Below, piece after piece: positions 28,752-38,827 of a stretch of 64,000 bases of DNA; within the stretch, counting starts at the first letter, position 1, and each line of letters opens with the position of its first letter. Source of the DNA: a virus. A program made the translations under genes and the position numbers. Location: the IMG/VR virus record IMGVR_UViG_3300014502_000005, positions 1 through 64,000 of that record. One strand, given 5' to 3'. The notes under the pieces are model-generated. The model was not told where the DNA came from. It did no database searches and was given only the letters and a program-made list of their open reading frames with translations.

Positions 28752-30212
28752 ATGGCTTTAGCACCTGCTACATCTTATGCCGCAAGAGGTCAATGGACTG
28801 ACCTATGGCAATCAATTTACGATTTTGAACGAGTTCCACAAGTGTGGAAAGAAATATATAAACAATATGGTCATTTATTTGATGTATTTGACTTTATTGA
28901 TATGATGGGACAAACTATTACTATAAAAGGTAATACTTTGAAAGTTTTTGAGCAATATGCTTACGAGAAATTAATTACTATTGGTACTGGAGGTATTAGT
29001 ACAGGAGCTGTTGGTGCGGATATTACTTTTACGTTAGATGCTTCTGATTATGACGCTCAAGGTAATGCAATATTATTGACTAGTGATAGTATCCTTATTC
29101 CTGGACTTTATTGCGCTGATACTTCTCAGGATTATCTGTATCGTATTATGAGTGATGATTCTGGAGTAGGTGCTGCTAAAATTTATACTGCAAAACCTTA
29201 TAATAAGACTGGTACTAATTTTAGTGCTGCCCGTATTACGACCCTTATTCCTGCTGGGACTAAATTAATGATTGGCCCAGATTCTTTTGGTTATGGCACT
29301 GATCAGCCAAAGGGATTAACTAATGGGTCTTATCAAAGAATTTTCGGGACTGAAATTTCTAAGACTAATTTTGATATGGCTGGCGGCCTTCAATATCAAG
29401 AAAATTATCTTGATGGAGTTCCACTAAAAGGAGGAAGGGGAGTTGGCCGATTTAACGCCGCTTCTGTGCAGCAAGAATTTGAGCTTAATAAAAAAATTAA
29501 TTACAATATTTGGTTGGGACAGGAAGCTGACAATACAACTTTTGTAATGAACGATAAATACGGAACTAGTGTTCCTATTAAAGCTCAACGAGGTTTTTTA
29601 CAGTGGATGCAGAAATTAGCTTTAAAGAAAACCTATTCTGATAAATTTGAACTATCAGATTTCGATGACATTAAATCACTTATGATATCTGTAGGGGAAT
29701 CAGCTCAGGAAATGCTTTTTGGAGTTGGAGATCTTTTATATGCTAACATTGAAAATTCTGGATACCAGTTCTTGAAAGAATATTCAAGCGCAACCAATGT
29801 GATGAAAAAAATGGACGAAATTGGTCTTAACTTTAAGGTTATTGAAAAATTAAATTTCCGTTTTATCATTAAGGAATTTGGTAATTTATCTAATCCTAAT
29901 GGTATGGGTGCTGCTGCTTATTCAGATAGATATCGTTCGATGGGCTTTATTGTTCCTATGGGAGAAAATAAAGTTGCTATTGAAGGCGGAGGCCCAAGCG
30001 TAGATCAAAAAGTTAGAATTTCCAGTCTTATGATTGGCTATCCTAGCCATAATGGTGAAAATCGCGAAAGGGTGGTAGGCTATTTGAATGGTATGACTGG
30101 ACAAAATATGCCTATTGTTCAATCATGGGATGTTACTCAGGGTATGATGCTTTCTGAATACATGCCTATTTTTACAGGTGTTCAGAAAATGATACTTGTA
30201 AATAAAGCTTAA
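28752..30212 (+). CDS. Major capsid protein
   Basis: 486 aa after scaffold, biased high-expression-type codon usage, followed by a strong terminator. Confidence 0.75.
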   Translation: MALAPATSYAARGQWTDLWQSIYDFERVPQVWKEIYKQYGHLFDVFDFIDMMGQTITIKGNTLKVFEQYAYEKLITIGTGGISTGAVGADITFTLDASDYDAQGNAILLTSDSILIPGLYCADTSQDYLYRIMSDDSGVGAAKIYTAKPYNKTGTNFSAARITTLIPAGTKLMIGPDSFGYGTDQPKGLTNGSYQRIFGTEISKTNFDMAGGLQYQENYLDGVPLKGGRGVGRFNAASVQQEFELNKKINYNIWLGQEADNTTFVMNDKYGTSVPIKAQRGFLQWMQKLALKKTYSDKFELSDFDDIKSLMISVGESAQEMLFGVGDLLYANIENSGYQFLKEYSSATNVMKKMDEIGLNFKVIEKLNFRFIIKEFGNLSNPNGMGAAAYSDRYRSMGFIVPMGENKVAIEGGGPSVDQKVRISSLMIGYPSHNGENRERVVGYLNGMTGQNMPIVQSWDVTQGMMLSEYMPIFTGVQKMILVNKA

Positions 30213-30215
30213 TCA

Positions 30216-30249
30216 TAAAGGGAGAGGATATTATTTCTCTCCCTTTTTT
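30216..30249 (+). terminator. Intrinsic terminator after MCP
   Basis: AAAGGGAGAG...CTCTCCCTTTTTT. Confidence 0.85.
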
Positions 30250-30270
30250 ATAAACCAAAACGAGAATATT

Positions 30271-31308
30271 ATGCTGTACTGCAATGATGAATTAGTAAGA
30301 TTAAATGATGAGAATTGGAAGCATCTCGAGCCAAAGTTTGCAAAAATAAGGAAAATGAGAGGCCCGATTCGAATTAAAACGACCCAAATTATTGAAACAA
30401 ATGAAAACGGTCGTAAGGAAAAAGTCCCAAACCATGCTTGGCCATTAATGGCTACAGTAGTTAGTGATGCTGGCGAATCTCAAACTTGGATGTATTCTAA
30501 GAATATCCCAAGATTAAAGGACGGAGAGCCAGTCTTTACTGAAAGGTCTATCATGATAGAAAATGGCAACCTTTTTGTTGATCCAATAAAACAGACAGAT
30601 CTGGTTTATTTTTTAACAGAATTAAGCGGAATGCTTAAATCAGGACTTTGGGCTATTGAAGATTTAGACAAAGAAAGCACAAGGGCCATTGAAAAAATAG
30701 GAGAATCTGCTACTATAGAGTTTTTCTTATGTAGTAAATATAGCCCTATTTATAATGACCACAAACGGCTAAAGCAATTAGCGGCATCTTGGAGTATTGC
30801 CAATAGCGATGCAATACATATGGACACATTACGAAAACAACTCTTAGATAAAGTGTATGCTTCTCAGAACAATTATTCAGTAACTAAAAGAGGTATTGAA
30901 GAATTTGTTGCAGAGGTAAACGGTGAGGATGTATTTTCAGAATATAGAACGTTAGTTCAATTAGCTATTGATAAAAAGGTAATTGGATGGAACAATAAAG
31001 ACAAGGGATGGTATTTTATGGATGTTAATACCACCTCATTTATTGAACCGATAGTTTTTGTGCCTTCTGTTAATTTTTCTCAGAAAGATTCTATACTTTT
31101 TGATTATATACGTTTAAATGCAACTTTATTTGAAACTATAAAAAATGCAGTTGGGGATGAACAGGAAAAAACAGGGTACGATCATATAGGATGGCATGCA
31201 AAAAGAAAATTAGCCAAAGATAGAGGAATTAGTATTTTACATAAAACAGAGGAACAAATAACACAAGAATTATTACAACAAGACTTATTAAAAGAAGCGG
31301 TTAGTTAG
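30271..31308 (+). CDS. Hypothetical protein downstream of MCP
   Basis: 345 aa; position matches a conserved post-MCP gene of crAss-like modules. Confidence 0.7.
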   Translation: MLYCNDELVRLNDENWKHLEPKFAKIRKMRGPIRIKTTQIIETNENGRKEKVPNHAWPLMATVVSDAGESQTWMYSKNIPRLKDGEPVFTERSIMIENGNLFVDPIKQTDLVYFLTELSGMLKSGLWAIEDLDKESTRAIEKIGESATIEFFLCSKYSPIYNDHKRLKQLAASWSIANSDAIHMDTLRKQLLDKVYASQNNYSVTKRGIEEFVAEVNGEDVFSEYRTLVQLAIDKKVIGWNNKDKGWYFMDVNTTSFIEPIVFVPSVNFSQKDSILFDYIRLNATLFETIKNAVGDEQEKTGYDHIGWHAKRKLAKDRGISILHKTEEQITQELLQQDLLKEAVS

Positions 31309-31330
31309 TTTTCTCGGTTTGGTTAGTTTG

Positions 31331-31360
31331 ATCCCTGGTATATTTATATCAGGGATTTTT
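31331..31360 (+). terminator. Intrinsic terminator
   Basis: ATCCCTG...CAGGGATTTTT. Confidence 0.75.
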
Positions 31361-31388
31361 GCATTAAAAAGCAATAAATAAAATTGAT

Positions 31389-31396
31389 TAAATTTG
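31389..31396 (+). promoter_or_regulatory. -7 promoter element TAAATTTG
   Basis: Matches TAnnTTTG; upstream of the tail operon. Confidence 0.6.
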
Positions 31397-31411
31397 TGAA
31401 AACAAAATAGA

Positions 31412-34400
31412 ATGATTGCTCTTAGTTTTAATGTAATATATGATATAAATCAGAGAAAATTTAAAGTTCAGGATACTAGCAATTATTCTGGCCAAGGAGT
31501 ATTATTAACAGATGTTGCCGGAGTAATTAAGATTACAACCCCTAGAGGAATAACATATAATAATACTAATTATTCAAGTCCAGACATAATTCCGAATACA
31601 AGTTTATTTTCAGGATATATTTCTTTGCCAGTAAACGCCCAGGGATACATTTTAGCAGGGGCATATACTATAGAATATTTTGTAAAACGAATAAGTACTA
31701 GCGAAATATCAACTGAAAGCAATTCATATACTTATTCTTTTATAGTCCCTGCTATAAATATAGTTCAGGCCGTAGATGGATATAATTCTATTTTTACTTC
31801 TAGTGATAATACAATTTACGGGACTTACACCAGTTTATCCAGAACGCACGAAGTAACGCCTCCATCCGGAAGTCCATTAATAGTAACGTCTAATAGTAAC
31901 CAAACCATAACTTATTCTCCAAATATTTGGAGTGGAATTTGGGTAAGTCAAATTACATCTGTTTTAGTATATACGATGACAGATGGGCTTATTATTAATG
32001 CTTCGTTAACTGAAACAAAAGAAATTACGGCATATCTTAATGACATGAATGTAATTAGAGGATATATCGAAACGTTTAAATTATTATTTGAATCGGCCAG
32101 GGCAACAAACAAAGAATTAGCGTATAGAATAGAGTTATCTTTAAATAAGGTAAATACTTCTTATGTAGAATATGATTTAGCTTTATATTATAACGACCTT
32201 GCCACTGCTTATTTAAGGACAGTTGATATTATAAATGAGTTAAGTGATTATATTACTATTACTTTTCCTGAAGAAATAATTCCATTTGTAAATCATCAAG
32301 GCGGGTCAAGTCATCCTCCTGTTTCAATTGGGGGTACACCATATGGCGTAAGTATAAACGCCTCTCAAGTATTAACATTTGCTTTAGCCACTACTTCAAG
32401 TGGAGGAATGATTCCACAATTAAGCGGGAATATTACGGATTATATTGGCGGAGACGGTAGTTGGCACAGTCTAACATCAGGGACATATGCGTTAAAATCT
32501 GATTTTACTGCTTATTTATCCGTAACGGCTATAACTGCCGCTAATATTACAAACTGGCAAACAGCATACGGTTGGGGAAATCACGCTTCTGCCGGATACG
32601 CTATAGCAATTAATTATTATACTAAGACCAATCTTCAAACATCTGGACAAGCTGCTGTTCATTTTGGCAACCTAACTAATAAGCCAACTACACTATCTGG
32701 TTATGGCATAACAGATTCTATGTCGGGTAACGCTCCAATAACAGGAGCTACCCATACAAAAATAACATATGATTCAAAAGGATTAGTAACGGGAGGATCG
32801 GATTTAATTGCCTCAGATATACCTAATATTGCTTGGAGCAAAATAACGTCAGGTATACCTACTACTATTTCGGGTTATGGCATTACAAATGCTTACACAA
32901 AAATAGAAGTTGATAATAAAACATGGGCATGGGGCGCCATAACAAGCGGAATTCCTACAACCATTTCCGGCTATGGCATAACTGACGCCTATACAAAAAT
33001 TGAAGTAAACGCAAAGACATGGCCGTGGAGTTCTATAACTTCTACGCCTACAACTGTAGCTGGTTATGGCATATTAAATGCCTTAACTACAGCTCATCCG
33101 GCAAACAATATTATTAGTAGCGGTTCTGGGACTTCTTTTTTAGCAAACGACGGGACATATAAACCAATAACACTAGGAGGAGGAGCAGATACTCAAGTTA
33201 TATTTATTGATTCTACCACTCCGTCTGGAAATGCAGGGTTTATTTTTGATAAAACAAATGTAAGATTAACAGTAACTCAAATATTGGCAAGTAATTATTT
33301 GTATATTGCCAATACTACAACTTCTATAACAAAAGATGTATCAAATAATTTAGTTTTTACAGACGCTGTTTCAGGTTCAGCAACATTAGCATCATTAATA
33401 AGTGGAGCGACAAATTATTGGGCAGCAGTATCTGGAGGTATATCTTATACTGATTATGTAGGAGTAAATAATCCGGTATCATTAGATGAAGCTTTGACCG
33501 TAAATGGAAATATAATAGCCGATAACTTTAGTACTACTTATTTCAGATATTTAAATAGTAATTTACTATTAGGGCCAAATGCAGGAGATAACGAAACTGG
33601 AAGTAATCTATTATATATTGCTAATTCAAATACAGCAACACCCTTAATTTATGGTGATTTTGTTAATCAGGAAGTAAAATTCAATGCCGATACCTATATA
33701 AATACTGTAAAAAGACTGGCTTTTGGGGATTCTACAGTGTATATTCGTAGGGATAGTTCGAATAACTTAGTTTTTTGTGATTTAAATGCAAATAGTGGCA
33801 ATCCTTTAACATTGACCGAACTAACAACGTTAACTGGATATGCGTTAAAGTCAGATTTCATAAGCTACACATCCGCTACGTCTATTACTGCTGCAAATTT
33901 AATTACATGGGGGAAGGCCTCTATTTTAACCACCGCCGGAGCGGGAACTTTGTTTTTAACAGATGACGGCACTTATCAAGCAGGGGGCGGAGGAGGAGTT
34001 ACTCCTACTGACTATACGTGGAAATTTGATACAGGATCAATTTATTATAGGCCATATACAAATAAAACAGAGGCTGGAGGTGCTGCAAGTGGAGGTAAGT
34101 TTTATGGAAGTACAGCTACTCCAACAGCTACAAATAGGCTTAATTATGACGGTTATTTATATGTTACTAAATTATATAGTAATTCAGTAGAAGTTCAAAC
34201 CGCGTTGAATTTTTCAAATGGGTTAACAGAAAATGCAGGTACAGTTACCTTAGGAGGTACATTAATTCAATCAACTACAATAGATGGAATATATGATTTT
34301 AATGTAGATTTAACTGATACTACTATAGTTATTCAAGCACAAAGTTCTACTACTAGTTGTAGGTCTCAAGTATATATACCAATACAAGATACTGATAATA

Positions 34401-36064
34401 GTATTATATTTCAGACATCAGATGTTAGTTTAGTAATAGCGAATACATATCATAAAAGTAATGGATTAGAATACGATGCAGATTACTCGGCTCGTAATAC
34501 AACAAATGACAGATGGATACCAGATAAAGGATATGTAGCATCACAATTAATATCGTTTGCTCCAACTGATAATATATTAGACTGGGATGGTACTAATAAA
34601 TGGTATATTCCTTATACTACTCAACAAGTTGCCGGAGGTTGTTTTGATAGTTCATCGACAGATCCAATTCATACTACCAGGCTCAACTATGATGGAGTTT
34701 TATATGCAACTTCGATACATGGACAAACAGGGACAAGTGGGGATGCGGTATATGGAAATGCAACATCAGGACATGCTATTTATGGTTATGCAACAACAGG
34801 GAATGCTATTTATGGGAATTGTTTTACAGGTGTATCTGGGAAAATAGGGACTACTAATTCAGGAAGTACTGCTAATTTATTGGAGTTATTTAATTCATCA
34901 GGCACAGTTGCTTATATTTCAAATACTGGTAATTTAAATAGTTTAGTTTTAAAGAGTAGTGGAAATATTTCTACGGATGGATATTTTGATAACGGAACAA
35001 CTATTCCTACTCATACTACAAGGTTGAATTATGATGGCCAATTATATGCTACTCAAGTTTGGGCATATGCTCCTTCTACTGGGAATAGTATAGCAATATT
35101 TGGATATACACCAGATTATGACGGAGTTCGTGGCCAATCAGGTACGGCTACTGGCACTAGCGGAGTGTCTACTTCAGGACGTGGAATTTATGGTGTTTCT
35201 ACTTCAGGATATGGAGTGTATGGACAATCTAATTCTGGCTATGCCGGTTATTTTATTCACCCAGCTACTACAACTGTCCCTACTTCGTCAACATTATCTA
35301 TAAATAGACAAACAACAGGTAGCTCAGCGATAGCTAATAATTTATTAGAAATTATAGATAATCCGACAACATCAGGAACAATATCAGGTTCGATATTAAA
35401 AGCAACTATAGTTTCAACTGTAAGAATGGATATGAATCCAAGAGTTGTGGCAACTGGAGGCGATGCTTATATTTTTGACACCCATAATGTATTAACTACT
35501 TCTAATTTATTAAGTTTAAAAAATCAAGCGGTTGTAAAGAATTATATTACAAGTTCAGGAAAGCAATTATTTACTGCGGGAGTTTCTTCTACATTTGTAA
35601 TAGCACCTGGTATTTTAAAGGACTTTTATGTTGATGCTGCAAATGTAGGTACCGGAGAGACTGATTTATATAGCTATACTACGCTAGCTAATATTTTAGC
35701 AACTAATGGTGATAAAATAACTGCCAAATTTTGTGGGACAGCTACGAATAATTCAAATACAAAAGTTGTAAGATTTTATTTTGCTGGCACAAATGTAGAT
35801 GCTAATTTAATAAGTTTAGGAGCTGGAAGTAATGATGTATGGGAAATAAATATTGCTATTATTAGAGTTTCCTCAACAGTAGCAAGATTAACGTTAGATA
35901 GTACAGTACAGTCTAATGGTATATTATGGAATGATTATTTAGAATATACTTCAAAAGATTGGACAGCAACTAATGTTTTAAAAATAACTGGGCAAGGCGG
36001 AGCGTCTAATGATATAATAGCAAAAATGGGTTTTATAGAATATAAACCATCATCAATAAATTAA
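31412..36064 (+). CDS. Large tail fibre / virion structural protein
   Basis: 1550 aa T/S/G-rich; PTT(L/I)SGYGIT(D/N) fibre repeats, three RLNYDG.LY repeats, G.(A/G)(V/I)YG repeats. Confidence 0.8.
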   Translation: MIALSFNVIYDINQRKFKVQDTSNYSGQGVLLTDVAGVIKITTPRGITYNNTNYSSPDIIPNTSLFSGYISLPVNAQGYILAGAYTIEYFVKRISTSEISTESNSYTYSFIVPAINIVQAVDGYNSIFTSSDNTIYGTYTSLSRTHEVTPPSGSPLIVTSNSNQTITYSPNIWSGIWVSQITSVLVYTMTDGLIINASLTETKEITAYLNDMNVIRGYIETFKLLFESARATNKELAYRIELSLNKVNTSYVEYDLALYYNDLATAYLRTVDIINELSDYITITFPEEIIPFVNHQGGSSHPPVSIGGTPYGVSINASQVLTFALATTSSGGMIPQLSGNITDYIGGDGSWHSLTSGTYALKSDFTAYLSVTAITAANITNWQTAYGWGNHASAGYAIAINYYTKTNLQTSGQAAVHFGNLTNKPTTLSGYGITDSMSGNAPITGATHTKITYDSKGLVTGGSDLIASDIPNIAWSKITSGIPTTISGYGITNAYTKIEVDNKTWAWGAITSGIPTTISGYGITDAYTKIEVNAKTWPWSSITSTPTTVAGYGILNALTTAHPANNIISSGSGTSFLANDGTYKPITLGGGADTQVIFIDSTTPSGNAGFIFDKTNVRLTVTQILASNYLYIANTTTSITKDVSNNLVFTDAVSGSATLASLISGATNYWAAVSGGISYTDYVGVNNPVSLDEALTVNGNIIADNFSTTYFRYLNSNLLLGPNAGDNETGSNLLYIANSNTATPLIYGDFVNQEVKFNADTYINTVKRLAFGDSTVYIRRDSSNNLVFCDLNANSGNPLTLTELTTLTGYALKSDFISYTSATSITAANLITWGKASILTTAGAGTLFLTDDGTYQAGGGGGVTPTDYTWKFDTGSIYYRPYTNKTEAGGAASGGKFYGSTATPTATNRLNYDGYLYVTKLYSNSVEVQTALNFSNGLTENAGTVTLGGTLIQSTTIDGIYDFNVDLTDTTIVIQAQSSTTSCRSQVYIPIQDTDNSIIFQTSDVSLVIANTYHKSNGLEYDADYSARNTTNDRWIPDKGYVASQLISFAPTDNILDWDGTNKWYIPYTTQQVAGGCFDSSSTDPIHTTRLNYDGVLYATSIHGQTGTSGDAVYGNATSGHAIYGYATTGNAIYGNCFTGVSGKIGTTNSGSTANLLELFNSSGTVAYISNTGNLNSLVLKSSGNISTDGYFDNGTTIPTHTTRLNYDGQLYATQVWAYAPSTGNSIAIFGYTPDYDGVRGQSGTATGTSGVSTSGRGIYGVSTSGYGVYGQSNSGYAGYFIHPATTTVPTSSTLSINRQTTGSSAIANNLLEIIDNPTTSGTISGSILKATIVSTVRMDMNPRVVATGGDAYIFDTHNVLTTSNLLSLKNQAVVKNYITSSGKQLFTAGVSSTFVIAPGILKDFYVDAANVGTGETDLYSYTTLANILATNGDKITAKFCGTATNNSNTKVVRFYFAGTNVDANLISLGAGSNDVWEINIAIIRVSSTVARLTLDSTVQSNGILWNDYLEYTSKDWTATNVLKITGQGGASNDIIAKMGFIEYKPSSIN

Positions 36065-36065
36065 T

Positions 36066-36752
36066 ATGAACTTAAAAGAAATATTACATAGCGTATCTGC
36101 AACAATTAATCAAATTAATCCTAATTTGACATTAGGAATAGACAGATTTAATCTTTTTCTTAAACTAACAAATTATGATTATTTTAAGTTATGGTGTGGG
36201 CTTCCAGAGCAATGGCAACCTGGACAGCCAATAACTACTAGGGGATGGCAAGTTGCCGAACAAAATACAGAAGCCTTAAAAACATTTATTGTTCCATTCC
36301 AGAATTATACAGTAGATGCGTATGGGCAATTAAGTTATCCAAGTGGGTTTATTCATTTAAGCAGAATAGGTTATTATAATTCGATAACAGATAGGCAACG
36401 TCCTGTTGAAATATTAACACATCAGGAAGCAGATGATAGGATTGGTAGCTATATAACAATACCCGAAAAAGAATATCCAGTAGTCATTTATGAAAACACT
36501 TATTTTCAATTTTATCCTATAGATTTATTGAATGTTAGTATGTCATATTTACGATTACCAGCAACCCCAATATATGCAATAAAACAAGAAAATGGAATAG
36601 ACGTTTACGATTCGGCTAATTCAATACAATTTGAATGGCCGGAGCAATACCATGCAGATTTAGTACGTATGCTAATTAGTTATTTGGCTATACCTTCTAA
36701 GGATGCTAATTTAAGTCAATATATAGAAAGTAAAAAACAAATAGGAGTATAA
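36066..36752 (+). CDS. Tail ring/tubular protein 1
   Basis: YLRLPATP motif; paralogous to the next gene; precedes muzzle. Confidence 0.6.
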   Translation: MNLKEILHSVSATINQINPNLTLGIDRFNLFLKLTNYDYFKLWCGLPEQWQPGQPITTRGWQVAEQNTEALKTFIVPFQNYTVDAYGQLSYPSGFIHLSRIGYYNSITDRQRPVEILTHQEADDRIGSYITIPEKEYPVVIYENTYFQFYPIDLLNVSMSYLRLPATPIYAIKQENGIDVYDSANSIQFEWPEQYHADLVRMLISYLAIPSKDANLSQYIESKKQIGV

Positions 36753-36755
36753 GCC

Positions 36756-37505
36756 ATGACACTTAATCAAATATTAAAATACGTAAATTATATCTGTGTA
36801 AAAGAGAACTCAGGAAGTACTTTAAAGCCAGATCAACTTAATTTTATATTTCCGGCTTCAAATACGAATATGTTTAATCGTAAGGTGCAAGAATCTCAAG
36901 TAATAGCTATTCAATCTAAAATGCCATTTAATAAGGCTTTATATGAGCATTCGGCTTTAAGAGAATTTCATGTGTCAGAAAATATAACTTTTACTACAGG
37001 GTCTTTCGACATAACAACATTAACTAATAGTTATGCCTATTGGCTAAGTATGGTAACATTATATAATGGGGCTTATCGGGAGATAGAAATATTGACAGAT
37101 AAAGACTTGGCTGATAGAAGGACTAACCTAATGGCAAAACAACTAGAAGATTATCCTGCTGTTATGATATTAGGAGATACAATAAAAGTTTTTCCGACAA
37201 ATGTCGCGACCGCCGAATTTGTATTTATGAAAAATCCAGCGATTCCAGTTTTTGACTATTATTATGACGCTGCTTTAAATTTAGTATATTTGGCTGCCAG
37301 CGCAACTCATTTATTAGCCGCAGGAGAAACTGGATCTGCCGGACAGACAGCTGGTACTACCGTAACGTCTACAACAGTTGAATTAGACTGGAACGAGCTT
37401 TATCACGTAGAATTTTGCAATGAAGTGCTTAGTCGAGTTGGGGTCAACTTAAAAGACGAACAAATAAAGGCTTATGTAAGAGAAGTGGAGGGTAAACAAC
37501 CTTAA
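36756..37505 (+). CDS. Tail ring/tubular protein 2
   Basis: Paralogue of the previous gene (EILT...YP...F.P.P.F.Y...ELDW...H). Confidence 0.6.
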   Translation: MTLNQILKYVNYICVKENSGSTLKPDQLNFIFPASNTNMFNRKVQESQVIAIQSKMPFNKALYEHSALREFHVSENITFTTGSFDITTLTNSYAYWLSMVTLYNGAYREIEILTDKDLADRRTNLMAKQLEDYPAVMILGDTIKVFPTNVATAEFVFMKNPAIPVFDYYYDAALNLVYLAASATHLLAAGETGSAGQTAGTTVTSTTVELDWNELYHVEFCNEVLSRVGVNLKDEQIKAYVREVEGKQP

Positions 37506-37514
37506 TTTAAATAG

Positions 37515-38120
37515 ATGGAAAAGTCAAAATATATTGAACTTATAAGAATAAATGTTTTTGGGGGCAAAGAGACTGTAGATAGGCTACATTTAGCCGATCC
37601 TCGTCGGATAGAACTTGACATAGCATCTGCTTTAAATTCTATTTTTTATAAAACATTTAAAAAAGATCCATCTAATTTAGATAGATATTCAAAACCTTAT
37701 TTAAGCGTGGCTGTAAGTTATGAAGCTTCGACACAGACTTATTACTCCATACTTCCGGCTAAGGTGATTCAATATCCTATATGTGGAGATGGTATTTGGA
37801 ATATAAATACGATGACTGGTAAGGATGTAACATTTTCACCTATTCAGATGGGCGAAAGAGAATTATTATTCGAATCTGAATTCGATAGTATAGATGATGT
37901 TATAGGATATTCGCTAAGTGGCAGTAGGGTTGATTATTATAATTTTGACCCCATAATAACTGCTGTTAAAATGGATTTAATAGTTGATTTTACAGAGTGG
38001 GACATGGATGAAGATGTGCCAATTCCTAGTGGTCAAGATTTAGAAGTTATAAATACTATACGTCAAATGTATAATTTAAAGCCTATTGATAAATTAAATA
38101 ATCAAAACGAGACAGCATAA
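37515..38120 (+). CDS. Tail ring/tubular protein 3
   Basis: Position; ends in DK.NN. Confidence 0.55.
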   Translation: MEKSKYIELIRINVFGGKETVDRLHLADPRRIELDIASALNSIFYKTFKKDPSNLDRYSKPYLSVAVSYEASTQTYYSILPAKVIQYPICGDGIWNINTMTGKDVTFSPIQMGERELLFESEFDSIDDVIGYSLSGSRVDYYNFDPIITAVKMDLIVDFTEWDMDEDVPIPSGQDLEVINTIRQMYNLKPIDKLNNQNETA

Positions 38121-38827
38121 TGGATACTCCAGGATATAGAACATTAAAGCAAATAGTCAAAGACATACACTTGGAAGGCGGATATGGTATGGAAAATTGG
38201 AAATACATAGGCCAGTTTGCTTTAAATGCCATTCGAGACCTTCATATGTTTCATACAAAACAATATAAAATTGCTAAAGTATTTGTAGATATTCAGACTA
38301 ATACTATCGATTGGCCGGATGATTATATCGGTTTCTGTTATCTTGGAGTTCCTCAAAACGGTAAACTATGCACACTCACAAGAAGGAATGAATTGATATC
38401 CACTACTACCTTGGTAAATGGGCAAGAAACATTAGACTTAAAACAAGGAGAAGGCGTTATATCTACAGAAGGCCAAACGTCTGGATATGGTGCTAAAGGA
38501 GGTATGAATGATTTTTATTATACAGAGGACGAAGCTAATAGAAGATTTTTTCTTGTAGGGGCTAATCCATTAAACGTCTTATTGGGATATATAAGTTCTG
38601 GCATAACAGATAAAGACACTATTGTTTCGATAAGATTTAAAGAACCTATTATAAATTATGTCCGTTGGAAACTTAAATTACGTGAACCTATAGATTATAA
38701 AGGAGCTGAATATTTTAAGGATATGTACGAACAAGAATGCAATAAATTAAGGGCTTTTGAAGATCCAACTTTAGATGAAATTTATGATGCTTTATTATCT
38801 GAATATTCTGGAACATATACAAGATGA
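38120..38827 (+). CDS. Tail ring/tubular protein 4
   Basis: WPDDYI...LG, LGYISSG motifs; position before muzzle. Confidence 0.6.
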   Translation: MDTPGYRTLKQIVKDIHLEGGYGMENWKYIGQFALNAIRDLHMFHTKQYKIAKVFVDIQTNTIDWPDDYIGFCYLGVPQNGKLCTLTRRNELISTTTLVNGQETLDLKQGEGVISTEGQTSGYGAKGGMNDFYYTEDEANRRFFLVGANPLNVLLGYISSGITDKDTIVSIRFKEPIINYVRWKLKLREPIDYKGAEYFKDMYEQECNKLRAFEDPTLDEIYDALLSEYSGTYTR

